Below, in pieces: positions 46,631 through 57,500 of a stretch of DNA of 64,000 bases. The position numbers were made by a program, and so were the translations under genes. The notes below the pieces were generated by a model. The model was not told the origin of the DNA. It saw only the letters and a list, made by a program, of their open reading frames with translations, and did not search any database. The first letter of the stretch is position 1, and every line of letters starts with the position of its first letter. Source of the stretch: an uncultured Lachnospiraceae bacterium (GTDB taxonomy: Bacteria > Bacillota > Clostridia > Eubacteriales > Anaerofustaceae); assembly GCA_944381375.1 (NCBI GenBank), contig CALWKX010000036.1, forward strand, positions 448 through 64,447, written 5' to 3'.

Positions 46631-47386
46631 TTATGACTGATATGATACAAGCTCATTTATTGCTTTCGCAACTGCTGCAGATATTGTCTCTATTGCGGCA
46701 TCGACATTTGCTGGAGCAAAAATTACTTCGGGATTGACATGTTCAGAGATCATTTTCCCTCTTATAGTTGTCGGAAAACCTATCGAAATTATAGATTTAT
46801 AAGCGGACATTGTTTTTAAGATATTTCTTTTGGGGTTATTATTAATGCCAAAATCAAATGCAGTGTCTGAAATTTGTATAAGATTCATAAGGTGATTCGT
46901 ATTTTTCGTCATAAGTGAATCTGCGACAATTATCAGGTCAGGTTTAATTGTATTACAGAACATTTTTACTATCAGATCGCTGTCTAATCCCGTCAACCCT
47001 TTGACGGAAGGGGAAATGGAATATATTTTTCTATTGCATTTTTCAGGTATATTTACTTCGATTTTTTTGCTGACTAAGACTCCAAAACTGTCGGCAGTGA
47101 TATTTTCATTACCTAACCCCAAAATAAGAAGTTTTTTGGGGACGGCTTTTTCCATGTATTTGGCAAGTTTTAATTTTATTATTAGCTTTAAGCTGTTTAA
47201 ATCTATTTCCGGATTTTTAAAGCTGATGGTTGTATATGAACCCTGCGATATTTTTTCGCGCTGAGAGGCGCTTTGTGTAAATCGTATCTCGCTTATAATA
47301 AAGTCTTTTGTCTGTTGTTTATTCATTCTGAACTGCGGGGTATCGAATTCTTTTTCAAAATCAAATAACGTATCAGTATCGAACAT
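46631..47386 (-). CDS. gpr: GPR endopeptidase (spore germination protease), compact 251-aa form
   Basis: LLILGLGNENITADSFG and DLIIVADSLM match the two catalytic-Asp regions of A25 peptidases. The rpsT-gpr-spoIIP synteny is as in Bacillus. It is shorter than typical GPR (about 330-370 aa). Confidence 0.7.
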   Translation of the reverse strand: MFDTDTLFDFEKEFDTPQFRMNKQQTKDFIISEIRFTQSASQREKISQGSYTTISFKNPEIDLNSLKLIIKLKLAKYMEKAVPKKLLILGLGNENITADSFGVLVSKKIEVNIPEKCNRKIYSISPSVKGLTGLDSDLIVKMFCNTIKPDLIIVADSLMTKNTNHLMNLIQISDTAFDFGINNNPKRNILKTMSAYKSIISIGFPTTIRGKMISEHVNPEVIFAPANVDAAIETISAAVAKAINELVSYQS

Positions 47387-47495
47387 TTTTTAATTGCCTT
47401 TTATAACGAATTTTTATTTTATTTTTTACTTGCATTAGTAAAAATATAATGGTAGAATATAGAAGCTTAATTCTCCTAAGGAGGTGAGATATAAC

Positions 47496-47762
47496 TTGGC
47501 TAATATAAAATCGGCTAAAAAAAGAGCTATAACGAATGAAAAAAGCAGAATTCGCAATAAATCTGTGAAGACAAATCTCAAAACAGTTGAGAAGAATTTT
47601 CTCAGTGCTGTAGAGCAAAATGACGCCGAAAAAGCTAAGGAAGCATACAAAATAGCTTCAGCTAAATTTGATATCGCAGCTTCCAAGGGCGTTATTCACA
47701 AAAAAGTTGCTGACAGAAAAAAGAGCAGATTAGCTAAAAAAGCCGCTGCTTTATCAGAATAA
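47496..47762 (+). CDS. rpsT: 30S ribosomal protein S20
   Basis: (M)ANIKSAKKRAITNEKSRIRNKS... A TTG start at 47496 lies 8 nt after the AGGAGGTGA RBS. The ORF-track GTG start at 47484 sits inside the RBS. Confidence 0.9.
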   Translation: MANIKSAKKRAITNEKSRIRNKSVKTNLKTVEKNFLSAVEQNDAEKAKEAYKIASAKFDIAASKGVIHKKVADRKKSRLAKKAAALSE

Positions 47763-47786
47763 ACAAATATATATCATTTAAAAACA

Positions 47787-47818
47787 CGGAAAGGATATTC
47801 CTTTCTTGTTTTTTTTTG
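47787..47818 (+). terminator. rho-independent terminator after rpsT
   Basis: GAAAGGA-TAT-TCCTTTC followed by TTGTTTTTTTTT. Confidence 0.75.
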
Positions 47819-48107
47819 CTTTTTGGATAATAACCAAAATAATGCATTAAGAGCAAACATCATATTAGGTGAATTTATGCCAAAAACATATGAGTTCTTC
47901 CAATATATACGGGATGGAATTTTAACAGTGTAATCGTATAGAAGCATATAGTATGATATTCATAGTAATAGATACCTATTATTAAAGCAGGCATGGAATT
48001 TTTTTTACATAAACTTTTGAGAATGAATAAACTCTACGCTTCGTGGGTGTTCTTTGCAATATATCTGATTATAATACTAATAAAAATGATGAATCGAGGG
48101 TAAGTCA

Positions 48108-48713
48108 ATGGATCAGATTAAAATCGGTAAATTCATAGCAAATATGAGAAAAGATCAAAACATTACACAAAAACAGTTGGCTGATTCATTATCCATCAGT
48201 GATAAGACAGTATCAAAATGGGAATGTGGAAAAGGTTTGCCAGAAGTATCACTGATGCTGCCGTTGTGTGATATATTGCAGATCTCTATTAATGAACTGC
48301 TTTCAGGTGAAAGAGTAGGCGAATGTGATTATAAAAGCAAAGCGGAGGAGAACATGGTGAAGCTGATAAAAGAAAATGAACAAAATAAAAAGAATATGAT
48401 TCTATCGATTATATGCGGCATTATAACTATAATTGCCGTTTGCGCCCTTGTAATTATAGCTTCTTATGTTGAATTGCCTGTATATGCACGAATTATTTTT
48501 ATTGGATTGGCAATTGTGACAGCAATAGTTGGAATTGGCGCGGCAGCTATGCTCGAAATAGATGCAGGCTATTATGAATGTCCTTATTGTAAAGCGCTTT
48601 TTATTCCGACTGTAAAAGAATATATCAAAGGATATCATACTTTTACTAAAAGAAGACTGACGTGCCATGAATGCGGTAAAACGGGAATGTGCAAACACCG
48701 CATCATCCGATAA
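48108..48713 (+). CDS. membrane-anchored XRE-family HTH protein with a C-terminal zinc-ribbon-like module
   Basis: N-terminal HTH (IGKFIANMRKDQNITQKQLADSLSISDKTVSKWECGKGLP). Two TM helices (residues ~95-150). Then CPYC...CHEC cysteine pairs. Confidence 0.8.
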   Translation: MDQIKIGKFIANMRKDQNITQKQLADSLSISDKTVSKWECGKGLPEVSLMLPLCDILQISINELLSGERVGECDYKSKAEENMVKLIKENEQNKKNMILSIICGIITIIAVCALVIIASYVELPVYARIIFIGLAIVTAIVGIGAAAMLEIDAGYYECPYCKALFIPTVKEYIKGYHTFTKRRLTCHECGKTGMCKHRIIR

Positions 48714-48807
48714 TTGCAAAACAATTATATAAAATACTCATATTTGCGCATATGCTGAATATGACAGTTAAGTATTAAATATTATAAAGCTGCATCGCAA
48801 AAATTAA

Positions 48808-48836
48808 GCATATCCTAAAAAGGATATGCCTTTTTC
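48808..48836. terminator. bidirectional terminator
   Basis: GCATATCC-TAAAAA-GGATATGC, with T-runs on both strands, between convergent genes. Confidence 0.6.
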
Positions 48837-48865
48837 TTTGCACAGGAATCTATGCAATGTAAGAT

Positions 48866-49213
48866 CTATTCATTTCTTTTTTTCAGGAATTCACCATCTG
48901 CCCAAAGCGTTTCAAGACTATATCGTGAACGTTCTTTTTCTAAGAATAGATGCAAAACTGTATCGCCAAAATCTATAAGGATCCATTTGCCTTCTTCTTT
49001 TCCTTCACGATTTAGTATTTTATAATTAAATTGCTTGGATTTTTCCTCAATGAATTCAGCAGCAGTACGACATAGCTTTTCATTGTTTGCTGTGCCTATC
49101 ATAAAATAATCTACCATAGGAGTAAGTTTTGAGACGTCAATTATTTCGATGTCGGTTATCCCTTTCTCTTCCATCCATGAAAAAAGGTTTTTAATTTTTT
49201 CATTATCGACCAT
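48866..49213 (-). CDS. rsfS: ribosome silencing factor RsfS
   Basis: DYFMIGTANNEKLCRTAAEFI...WILIDFGDTVLHLFLEKERSRYSLETLW is the Iojap/RsfS family pattern. Confidence 0.9.
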   Translation of the reverse strand: MVDNEKIKNLFSWMEEKGITDIEIIDVSKLTPMVDYFMIGTANNEKLCRTAAEFIEEKSKQFNYKILNREGKEEGKWILIDFGDTVLHLFLEKERSRYSLETLWADGEFLKKRNE

Positions 49214-49381
49214 ATTAATCTCCTAGATTTTATATTTTAATTATACCATGGCTGTATTGTTTTGTATATTAAAAAAACATATATAATCTATGTTGTTATT
49301 TACTGATTAAATTTTCATATTAGGTAAAAATTTTCATATTTAATGGTATAATTAATTAAATACGATTTTGGGAGGAATACA

Positions 49382-50770
49382 GTGAAGCTCTCAGTAAAAC
49401 AAATATACGATACATGGACTTGTCTTAATGGTTCCACTATTAGATGTGATGGCTGGATTAAAACCATCAGAGCGTCATCCAGTATCGGTTTTATTGAATT
49501 AAACGACGGTACATCATTTAAAAATATTCAAATCGTTGTCGATAAAAACAAAGTAAACAATTACAACGAAATTGCCAAGCTGAATATTTACAGTGCAATC
49601 CAAATCGAAGGAGTTTTAAAACTCACTCCGCAGATGCCGCAGCCGTTTGAAATTCATGCAAACAGCATTGAATTGTTAGCTTCCAGTGATCCTGATTATC
49701 CGTTGCAGAAAAAGCGACATACATTCGAATATTTAAGAGAGATACCTCATCTGCGCGCAAGAGGTAATTCTTTCATGGCGGTATTCCGTGTGCGTTCATT
49801 GCTGGCATATGCGATACATGAATTTTTTCAAAATAAAAATTTCGTATATGTAAATACTCCTCTTATTGCAGTGTCAGATTGTGAAGGCGCAGGAGAAATG
49901 TTTCGCGTTACCGCAATGGATTTGAACAACATTCCTTTAAAAGACGGTAAAGTAGATTACAAGGAAGATTTTTTCGGAAAGGAAGCTTATCTAACTGTCA
50001 GCGGTCAGCTTCAAGGAGAAGCGTTTGCCCTCGCTTTTAAAAATATTTACACTTTCGGGCCGACTTTCAGAGCCGAAAATTCGAACACAGCGCGTCACGC
50101 AGCGGAGTTTTGGATGATAGAGCCCGAAATTGCTTTTGGCGATTTAAATGACGATATGAACTTAGCTGAAGAAATGCTTAAATATGTTATTAATTACATT
50201 CTTGAAAAAGCGCCTTTCGAAATGGAGTTTTTCAATAAGTTCATAGATAAGGATTTGATAAAAAGACTTGAAGGAGTTATGAATTCTGTTTTTGAACGCA
50301 TAACATATACTCAGGCTATAAAAATATTGCAAGCTTCTTCAAATAAATTCGAATATGACATAAAATGGGGGAATGATTTGCAAACCGAGCATGAAAGATA
50401 TCTTGCGGAAGAATATTTCAAACGCCCCGTATTTGTAACAGATTATCCTAAAGAGATCAAAGCTTTTTATATGCGACTCAATGATGATGAAAAAACTGTT
50501 GCGGCAGTGGATTGTTTGGTACCCGGGGTAGGAGAGATTATAGGCGGCAGTCAGAGGGAAGAACGTATTGATGTTCTTCAGCGAAGAATGGATGAGCTTG
50601 GAATGAAACAGGAGCCTCTTGAATGGTATTTGCAGCTAAGAAAGTATGGCGGCGTTAAACATGCAGGTTTTGGACTGGGTTTTGAACGTGCTTTAATGTA
50701 TATGACGGGTATGAAAAATATAAGAGACGTGATACCATTCCCAAGAACGGCCAAAAACGCAAAAATTTAG
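49382..50770 (+). CDS. asnS: asparagine--tRNA ligase
   Basis: 462 aa class IIb synthetase. N-terminal OB domain. [21 protein letters not shown] (motif 2) and [15 protein letters not shown] (motif 3). GTG start with a GGAGG RBS. Confidence 0.95.
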   Translation: MKLSVKQIYDTWTCLNGSTIRCDGWIKTIRASSSIGFIELNDGTSFKNIQIVVDKNKVNNYNEIAKLNIYSAIQIEGVLKLTPQMPQPFEIHANSIELLASSDPDYPLQKKRHTFEYLREIPHLRARGNSFMAVFRVRSLLAYAIHEFFQNKNFVYVNTPLIAVSDCEGAGEMFRVTAMDLNNIPLKDGKVDYKEDFFGKEAYLTVSGQLQGEAFALAFKNIYTFGPTFRAENSNTARHAAEFWMIEPEIAFGDLNDDMNLAEEMLKYVINYILEKAPFEMEFFNKFIDKDLIKRLEGVMNSVFERITYTQAIKILQASSNKFEYDIKWGNDLQTEHERYLAEEYFKRPVFVTDYPKEIKAFYMRLNDDEKTVAAVDCLVPGVGEIIGGSQREERIDVLQRRMDELGMKQEPLEWYLQLRKYGGVKHAGFGLGFERALMYMTGMKNIRDVIPFPRTAKNAKI

Positions 50771-50786
50771 TTTCGGAGGGATACAA

Positions 50787-52343
50787 TTGAAAAAATATAC
50801 AGCTATATTGATGATTATATTGATGGTTTTTTCCGCCGGCGCAGCTGTGTATGCAGATGAAGCGGATCAGCAGATAGTGACGGTTAATCCTTTTGAAATT
50901 CTTACTGATCCAACTTTTGATCTTAACACTGTCGACCCCGCGCAGTTGGAAGTTTTTTATGCTACGGAAGTAAATATTCCTGACGCTTATCTTAAGACTG
51001 CCCTGCAGAATTTATTGAATCTCAGCTCAGACAGTGCTATTACAGTAGAAAATATGTTTTCTCTTACAGGATCCCTGAATTTAGCCGGCATGAGTATATC
51101 TAATTTAACAGGTTTGGAATACGCTATCAATGTAACAAGCATATCGCTTGGAAATAACTCAGTGACCTCGCTAGAACCTTTAAAAAATTTATATAAACTT
51201 AAGAATCTCGATTATTCGAACAATAATGTCAAGGCAGTTCCGAGCTGGATTTTTGATATGCAAAGTCTGGAATCTGTTAATGGAAGTGCGAACGGTTCTA
51301 CAGTATTTTCTTCAGGGCCAAGTGCGGAAAATACTGTATTGAAATCAATGTACTTTGAAAATAATAAATTTACGTCTGTGCCTGATTTGTCATTGTGTAC
51401 TTCACTTGAAATATTATCGCTTTCAAATAATGAATTCACTCAATTTCCATCGAATTTATTATCGCTGACGAAACTGCAGATGCTGAATCTTGCGAATAAC
51501 GAGATATCGACTGTGCCGGATCTTTCTGCTTTGACTTCGCTCAATACTATTAACTTTGATGGGAATAACCTTACTGAATTTCCGTCAGGGCTTGAAAAAC
51601 TCTCTTCGTTACAACAAATATCAGTAAGCGGCAATCAAATCACACAGATACCGGATAGTATAAGCAGTAATTCGTCTTTGCAAATTTTGCTTATAAGCAT
51701 GAATAATATTGAAACTTTGCCTGAATCGCTTTCGAACAGCTCTTCACTTAAAGTGCTTGATATATCGCTTAATAATATAGATTTTAATGAAAATGCGAAT
51801 GTTATAAATGCTTTATCTAGAAAATTAAGTACGTTTTATTACAAACTGCAAAAACCGAGTTTTACTCTCGAAATATATCAGGATAAAGAGGCTCCTTTAG
51901 GTAAACTGGTTTGGAGCGGTATTGAAAACATTACCGACAAAACAGAAGGTACTCTTACGATTACAGGATTTACAATTGAGAGAATCGAAAATGCAGTAAC
52001 GCAAGAATCTGATAATCAGGAAGATAATACTCCTGTTGTTCCAAGCGTATATGTACCGATAGCGGAGGTTGGCCCTGATGTCAGAGAGTACATTGATGAG
52101 ACGGCAGATCCAGATAAAAGCTATACATATAGAGTTACTGCAAATGTGACAGGGCTTTACCTTAATGAAACGGAATATACTGCTTCCGGAAGCGAAACTG
52201 TTTCTACTGATGATATCATTAAAGGTGAGCCGAATTGGCTCAGAAGCTGGTGGTTTTACACAATAATAGGAGTGGTGGTAGCAGCTATAGTAGCTTTTGC
52301 GATTATTCTCCTCTTAAAAAAACAACGTAAAAATATTAAGTAA
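50787..52343 (+). CDS. leucine-rich-repeat surface protein with signal peptide and C-terminal TM anchor
   Basis: Signal peptide MKKYTAILMIILMVFSAGAAVYA. About 12 LRR units of 22-23 aa (LxxLxLxxNxIxxIP type, nt ~51050-51800). An Ig/Fn3-like segment. A C-terminal TM helix followed by KKQRKNIK. Confidence 0.8.
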   Translation: MKKYTAILMIILMVFSAGAAVYADEADQQIVTVNPFEILTDPTFDLNTVDPAQLEVFYATEVNIPDAYLKTALQNLLNLSSDSAITVENMFSLTGSLNLAGMSISNLTGLEYAINVTSISLGNNSVTSLEPLKNLYKLKNLDYSNNNVKAVPSWIFDMQSLESVNGSANGSTVFSSGPSAENTVLKSMYFENNKFTSVPDLSLCTSLEILSLSNNEFTQFPSNLLSLTKLQMLNLANNEISTVPDLSALTSLNTINFDGNNLTEFPSGLEKLSSLQQISVSGNQITQIPDSISSNSSLQILLISMNNIETLPESLSNSSSLKVLDISLNNIDFNENANVINALSRKLSTFYYKLQKPSFTLEIYQDKEAPLGKLVWSGIENITDKTEGTLTITGFTIERIENAVTQESDNQEDNTPVVPSVYVPIAEVGPDVREYIDETADPDKSYTYRVTANVTGLYLNETEYTASGSETVSTDDIIKGEPNWLRSWWFYTIIGVVVAAIVAFAIILLLKKQRKNIK

Positions 52344-52345
52344 AT

Positions 52346-52981
52346 ATGTATAAATATATTATTTTTGATTTTGACGGGACATTGGCTGATACGAAAGAAG
52401 GGATAATCAACGCTGCATCATATGCGTTGAGCAAATATGGGTTGCAGCCTGAATATGATGAACTGAAACGATTTATAGGTCCAAGCCTTTGGTATTCTTT
52501 TGATAAGTTTTACGGCTTTGATAAAGACAAACAAACGGAAGCCGTCACTTACTACAGGCAATATTACAATGCCAAAGGAATGTATGAAGCTTGTCTTTAC
52601 GATGGAGTTAAATACGTTTTGGAAAAAATAAAAGAAAGCGGAAGATTTGTAGCAATAGCAAGTTCCAAAGTTGAAAATAGCGTGATTAACGCTCTTAAAT
52701 ATTTTGATATATTTGATTACTTTGATATTGTAAAAGGCAGCGCGCCTGACGGGTCGCGTTCTGATAAAACACTGCTGATATCTGATGTGATAAAACAAAC
52801 CAATATATGCAGTATGAGTGATGCAGTATATATCGGAGATAGTATAACTGATTATTACGGCGCTGAGGCGTTAGGCATTGATTTTATTGCGGCGTTGTAT
52901 GATCGCGATGTGTCAGAATTCAAAGGTGTTAATTTAACAAAAAAAGCGGACAGTATACAGGACATACTTAATTTTCTTTAA
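52346..52981 (+). CDS. HAD-family hydrolase (phosphoglycolate-phosphatase-like)
   Basis: YIIFDFDGTLADT (DxDGT motif I), ASSK (motif II), and GDSITD (motif IV). Confidence 0.85.
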   Translation: MYKYIIFDFDGTLADTKEGIINAASYALSKYGLQPEYDELKRFIGPSLWYSFDKFYGFDKDKQTEAVTYYRQYYNAKGMYEACLYDGVKYVLEKIKESGRFVAIASSKVENSVINALKYFDIFDYFDIVKGSAPDGSRSDKTLLISDVIKQTNICSMSDAVYIGDSITDYYGAEALGIDFIAALYDRDVSEFKGVNLTKKADSIQDILNFL

Positions 52982-52996
52982 ATCATTGGTGTAAAT

Positions 52997-54250
52997 ATGT
53001 TTGATATAACTAAAGAATACGCGCTCGTTCTTAGCGGCGGCGGAAGTCGCGGAGCTTATGAGATTGGTGTATGGGAGGCTCTTAGAGAACTCGGTGTGAA
53101 AATCAGTGCTGTTTCCGGTACATCAATCGGAGCCGTCAATGGAGCGTTTATAGTACAAGATGATTTTTACAATGCATATAATGTTTGGAAAACACTAAGC
53201 CCTGATATATTATTCGACAGTGCAAAAGGTTCTTTGCTTAAATATCGTGACACGGATAAAATGGCCAAGCTTTTAAATGCTTATATTGATGAACAAAAAA
53301 TTCGTGCCAGCGATATAGATTTCGCTTTGGTAACTTTGAATGTGTCTGATTTTACGAGCCTTGTTTTATTCAAAGAAGATATACCATCCGGTCAGCTTCC
53401 TTTGTTTGTGCTTGCCAGCGCTAATCATCCTGCATTTAAAAGACTCAGCATTGAAGGGGATAAATATATGGACGGAGGCTTGTATAATAACATGCCTATA
53501 CAGCCTCTTATAGATAAAGGATATAAAAACATAATTGTCGTAGATATCAGGGATATATACGGAATTACTGATAATAAATACAATGCTGAGGATTGTGAGA
53601 TTATATATGTGAAATCAAGGCATAAGTTTAAAAATGTTCTTGATTTTTCTAATGATGAAATTAACCGTAATATTAAAAAAGGCTATTATGATATATATAT
53701 GCTTTACGGAAAATATATAAGTTCTTATTACTATATATTAAAATCGGACTCATATGAAAGATATTATCTGAATGATGAGGATTTTAATTGTATAAAAAAT
53801 GATCCGGTTTGTCTTTCTCTTTCAAATGATGATAATGCTAACAAATATGTACTCGAATATTTATGTTCTTTCAGAAAAAAATCCGAACCGATGTCCATAA
53901 GAAGCAAAGAATTTTTTATCACAGCTTTGGAAATCTGTGCAAATGTTTTAGGTGTAGAAGACGTTCGAGAATATACTTTGAAAGAATTCTGCGATATTGT
54001 AATAAAAGATGCCGTAGATATTTTATATAAAGGTAAATATCTTGATGAGATAATTAAAAATAGAGTATATGATAAATTTAAATCCATGAACTTTAAAATA
54101 GAGCAGGAAGATAAGCGTGTAGTTCTTGCTGCTCTGCTTAGATCCGCCGGTAAATTCAGTTATTTCAGCGATTTGTATGTAGTTTTATCTCCCAAAATAA
54201 TAATTTCATATTTTGTAATAAAAATTTTGATCAATAAATTCAAAGTATAA
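52997..54250 (+). CDS. patatin-like phospholipase family protein with a ~200-aa C-terminal extension
   Basis: Oxyanion motif SGGGSRGAYEIG, nucleophile elbow GTSIGA, and catalytic DGG (YMDGGLYNN). Confidence 0.85.
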   Translation: MFDITKEYALVLSGGGSRGAYEIGVWEALRELGVKISAVSGTSIGAVNGAFIVQDDFYNAYNVWKTLSPDILFDSAKGSLLKYRDTDKMAKLLNAYIDEQKIRASDIDFALVTLNVSDFTSLVLFKEDIPSGQLPLFVLASANHPAFKRLSIEGDKYMDGGLYNNMPIQPLIDKGYKNIIVVDIRDIYGITDNKYNAEDCEIIYVKSRHKFKNVLDFSNDEINRNIKKGYYDIYMLYGKYISSYYYILKSDSYERYYLNDEDFNCIKNDPVCLSLSNDDNANKYVLEYLCSFRKKSEPMSIRSKEFFITALEICANVLGVEDVREYTLKEFCDIVIKDAVDILYKGKYLDEIIKNRVYDKFKSMNFKIEQEDKRVVLAALLRSAGKFSYFSDLYVVLSPKIIISYFVIKILINKFKV

Positions 54251-54552
54251 ATATAATGCAAAATAACTCACATATATTATGATTAATATAATGTAATATG
54301 TTGGTTATGAGCAGGGAGAATTGCTTGTTTCGTTATTGTCGCTATATTTACTTAAAGTTTAATATTATTATTAAACAACTCAAAAAAATTCGCCAGATTA
54401 ACGGAAGATATGAACGAAGCATTCGATAATATAATTGTCACTTGGACATATCATCCGGATCGTGTCTTAAAAGTTATATATAAGATAAAATAATCGAATT
54501 AGGATGCGCTGTGTCAAAGGCGCGCATAAGACATAACGTTTTTTAGTCGATA

Positions 54553-54582
54553 TAAAAAACCACCCGAAAACGGGTGGTTTAT
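54553..54582 (-). terminator. rho-independent terminator after ileS
   Basis: The minus strand reads AAACCACCCG-TTTT-CGGGTGGTTTTTTAT. Confidence 0.85.
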
Positions 54583-54588
54583 CTTATA

Positions 54589-57500
54589 TTAATCTGCTTT
54601 CTTAATTTTTATGACAGCTTTATGTTCATTAAGTGTCACACTTTCGCCGTCATTGTGTTCAAGAGTTAGCTTGGTAGCTAACGTTTCAGATTTGATGACA
54701 GCTTCAAAAGCTTTGATGGCTTTTTGTATATTTTCATCAGCTTCTACTGTCAGTGATATTCTGTCGGAAACATTAAGGCCGCTGTTTTTACGTATTTGCT
54801 GTACTTTTGAAATAAGTTCTCTTGCATATCCCTCATTTATGAGGTCATCGGTAAGTTCTGTTTTAAGTATTACAAACAAATTATTATCTGTCTGTACGTT
54901 GAAGCCTTCTTTTGCATTTATGCGCACATCAAGCATTTCATCTGTCAGAACTAATTTTTCACCGCATAACGATATAGTAACTTCTTTTTCCGTGTTTAGC
55001 TGGTTTATAATTGCCGCGGCGTCACATTCTGCAAGATATTTGCTCAGATCTTTTACTTTTGCGCCTAAAAGCTTGCCGCAAACTTTGTAATCAGGTTTTA
55101 TTGAAAAATCAATAAACTCACTTAAATTCTTTTCGAAGATGATATCTTTTACATTTAGTTCTTCTTTAATCAGTTCGGTAATATCTTGAATCTCACTTTC
55201 CAAAGCTGCATCTATGAGTATTGCGCTGAGCGGCTGACGGACTTTTATCTGAGCATCTTCTCTTGCGCTTCTGCCAAGGCTGACAAGATTTCTTACAAGC
55301 TGCATTTTATGTTCAAGTTCATCGTCAATTAATTCTTCATTTACTGTAGGGTATTCAGCCAAATGCACAGATTTTTCGTCTGTGAGATTTCTGTATATTT
55401 CTTCTGTGATATATGGAGCATAAGGTGCCGCAATTTTGACTGCTCCTATAAGTATCTCGTATGTTGTATTCAGAACGGCTTTTTTATCTTCCGTAAGATT
55501 GCTGCCCCAGAATCTTCTCCTGTTGCGGCGGATATACCAATTCGAAAAGTCTTCATTGACAAAGTCTTGAATTAGTCTAACGGCTTTTGTCATATCATAC
55601 GCTTCATTTGCGTTAATTACCTGTTTTAACATGATATTGAAACGCGATAATATCCATCTATCCGTTTCATCGCGCTTTTCAGGTTCTATATAAAAATCTC
55701 TCGGATCAACATTATCGGCATTAGCGTACAATGCAAAGAAAGTATAAATGTTGCGCAAAGTATTAAAGAACTTGCTTATAATTTCCTTTAATCCGTTTTC
55801 GTCGAATTTAGTCGGAGTCCAGGCAGGGGATACGTATAGTAAATACCACCTTAATGCATCAGCCCCGTATTTGTCGAACATATCAAACGGGTTTACGGTA
55901 TTACCGCGTGACTTTGACATTTTTTGACCGTCAGCGTCAAGTATAAGGTCGTTAACAAGTACGTTTTTGTATGGTGCGCAGCCTTTTATATATGTGCTTA
56001 TTGCAAGCAAAGAATAAAACCACCCGCGTGTTTGGTCTATGCCTTCACAGATGAAATCTGCAGGAAACTGTTGACTGAAAAGCTCGTTATTTTCAAATGG
56101 ATAGTGGTACTGGGCAAAAGGCATTGAACCGCTATCAAACCAGCAGTCTATTACATCTTTTACTCTTGACATAGGTTTTCCGCAATGCGAACATTCAATA
56201 TGAATTTCATCAACATAAGGTCTGTGAAGTTCTATATTATCGTCTATATCTTCAATTGCACGCTGCTTAAGCTCTTGAATTGAGCCTATACATTCTGTAT
56301 GCGAACATTCGCAGCGCCATATGTTCAGAGGTGTTCCCCAGTATCTGTTTCTTGATATTGCCCAATCCTTTAAATTTTCAAGCCAATTTCCGAACCTTTT
56401 TTCGCCTACAAAATCCGGATACCAATTTACTTTTTTATTTGCTTGTATGAGCTTGTCTTTATATTCGGTTACTTTAATATACCAACTCGGTTTTGCATAA
56501 TACAAAAGCGGTGTTTTGCATCTCCAACAGTGAGGATAATTGTGTTCCATACGCTGTTTTTTAAACAGCTTTGAATTTTCTTTAAGCCATATAATTATTT
56601 CTTTGTCAGCATCTATTACAAATTTGCCTTTCCAGGGCGTTTGGGTATAATGACCGCTTTCATCTACGGGATTTGGTACGGCGAGTGAATAACTTCTCCC
56701 TACATTATAGTCATCTTCTCCGAATGCCGGCGCTATATGAACTATACCGGTTCCGTCCTCCATAGTTACATACTCAGCGCATACGACAAAAAATGCTTTG
56801 CCGCCTTCAATATCTACAAATGGCATAATGCGTTCATATTCTGTAAATTCGAGATCTTTTCCCTTCATAGTCTCGATTTCTTCATAACCGTCGCCAAGCA
56901 CTTTGTCTATAAGCGCTTTTGCAAGTATATACGTTTTGTTATTATAACGCACTTTAGAATATATTTCGTCAGGATGTACGGCTAAAGCCACGTTGGAGGC
57001 AAGCGTCCACGGGGTAGTTGTCCATACTAAAAAGTATTCATCCGCATCCTTTCTTTTAACTTCAACTATTACAGTATCCGTCTTTATATTTTGATAGCCC
57101 TGAGCCACTTCATGCGAAGCAAGTCCTGTGCCGCAGCGAGGGCAATAAGGAAGTATTTTGTGGCCTTCGTAAATTAGACCTTGTTTATAAAACTGACTGA
57201 GTATCCACCAGACTGATTCTATATATTTGTTGTCTAAAGTAATATACGGGTCATCAAGATTAATAAAGTAACCCATCCTTTCGGTCATTTCACGCCATAA
57301 AGCTTCATATTTGAATACCGATTCTCTGCATTTTTTATTAAAAGAGGTAATGCCGTATTTTTCTATGTCCTGTTTGCCGTTCATGCCGAGTGTTTTTTCT
57401 ACCTCAATTTCAACAGGCAAACCGTGCGTATCCCAACCGGCTTTCCTGACAACCCGGTATCCGCGCATTGTTTTATATTTATTTACACTGTCTTTTAAAG

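Noticed and set aside
46631-47386. The possibility that the short (251-aa) GPR homologue is a truncated pseudogene.
   Set aside because: Both catalytic-Asp regions and the C-terminal conserved segment are present in one uninterrupted frame with a plausible start. The missing part corresponds to a variable insertion in Bacillus GPR, so a compact functional form is more likely.
49214-49381. An expected T-box leader upstream of asnS.
   Set aside because: The intergenic region is only ~170 nt and lacks the conserved T-box sequence and the stem I elements.
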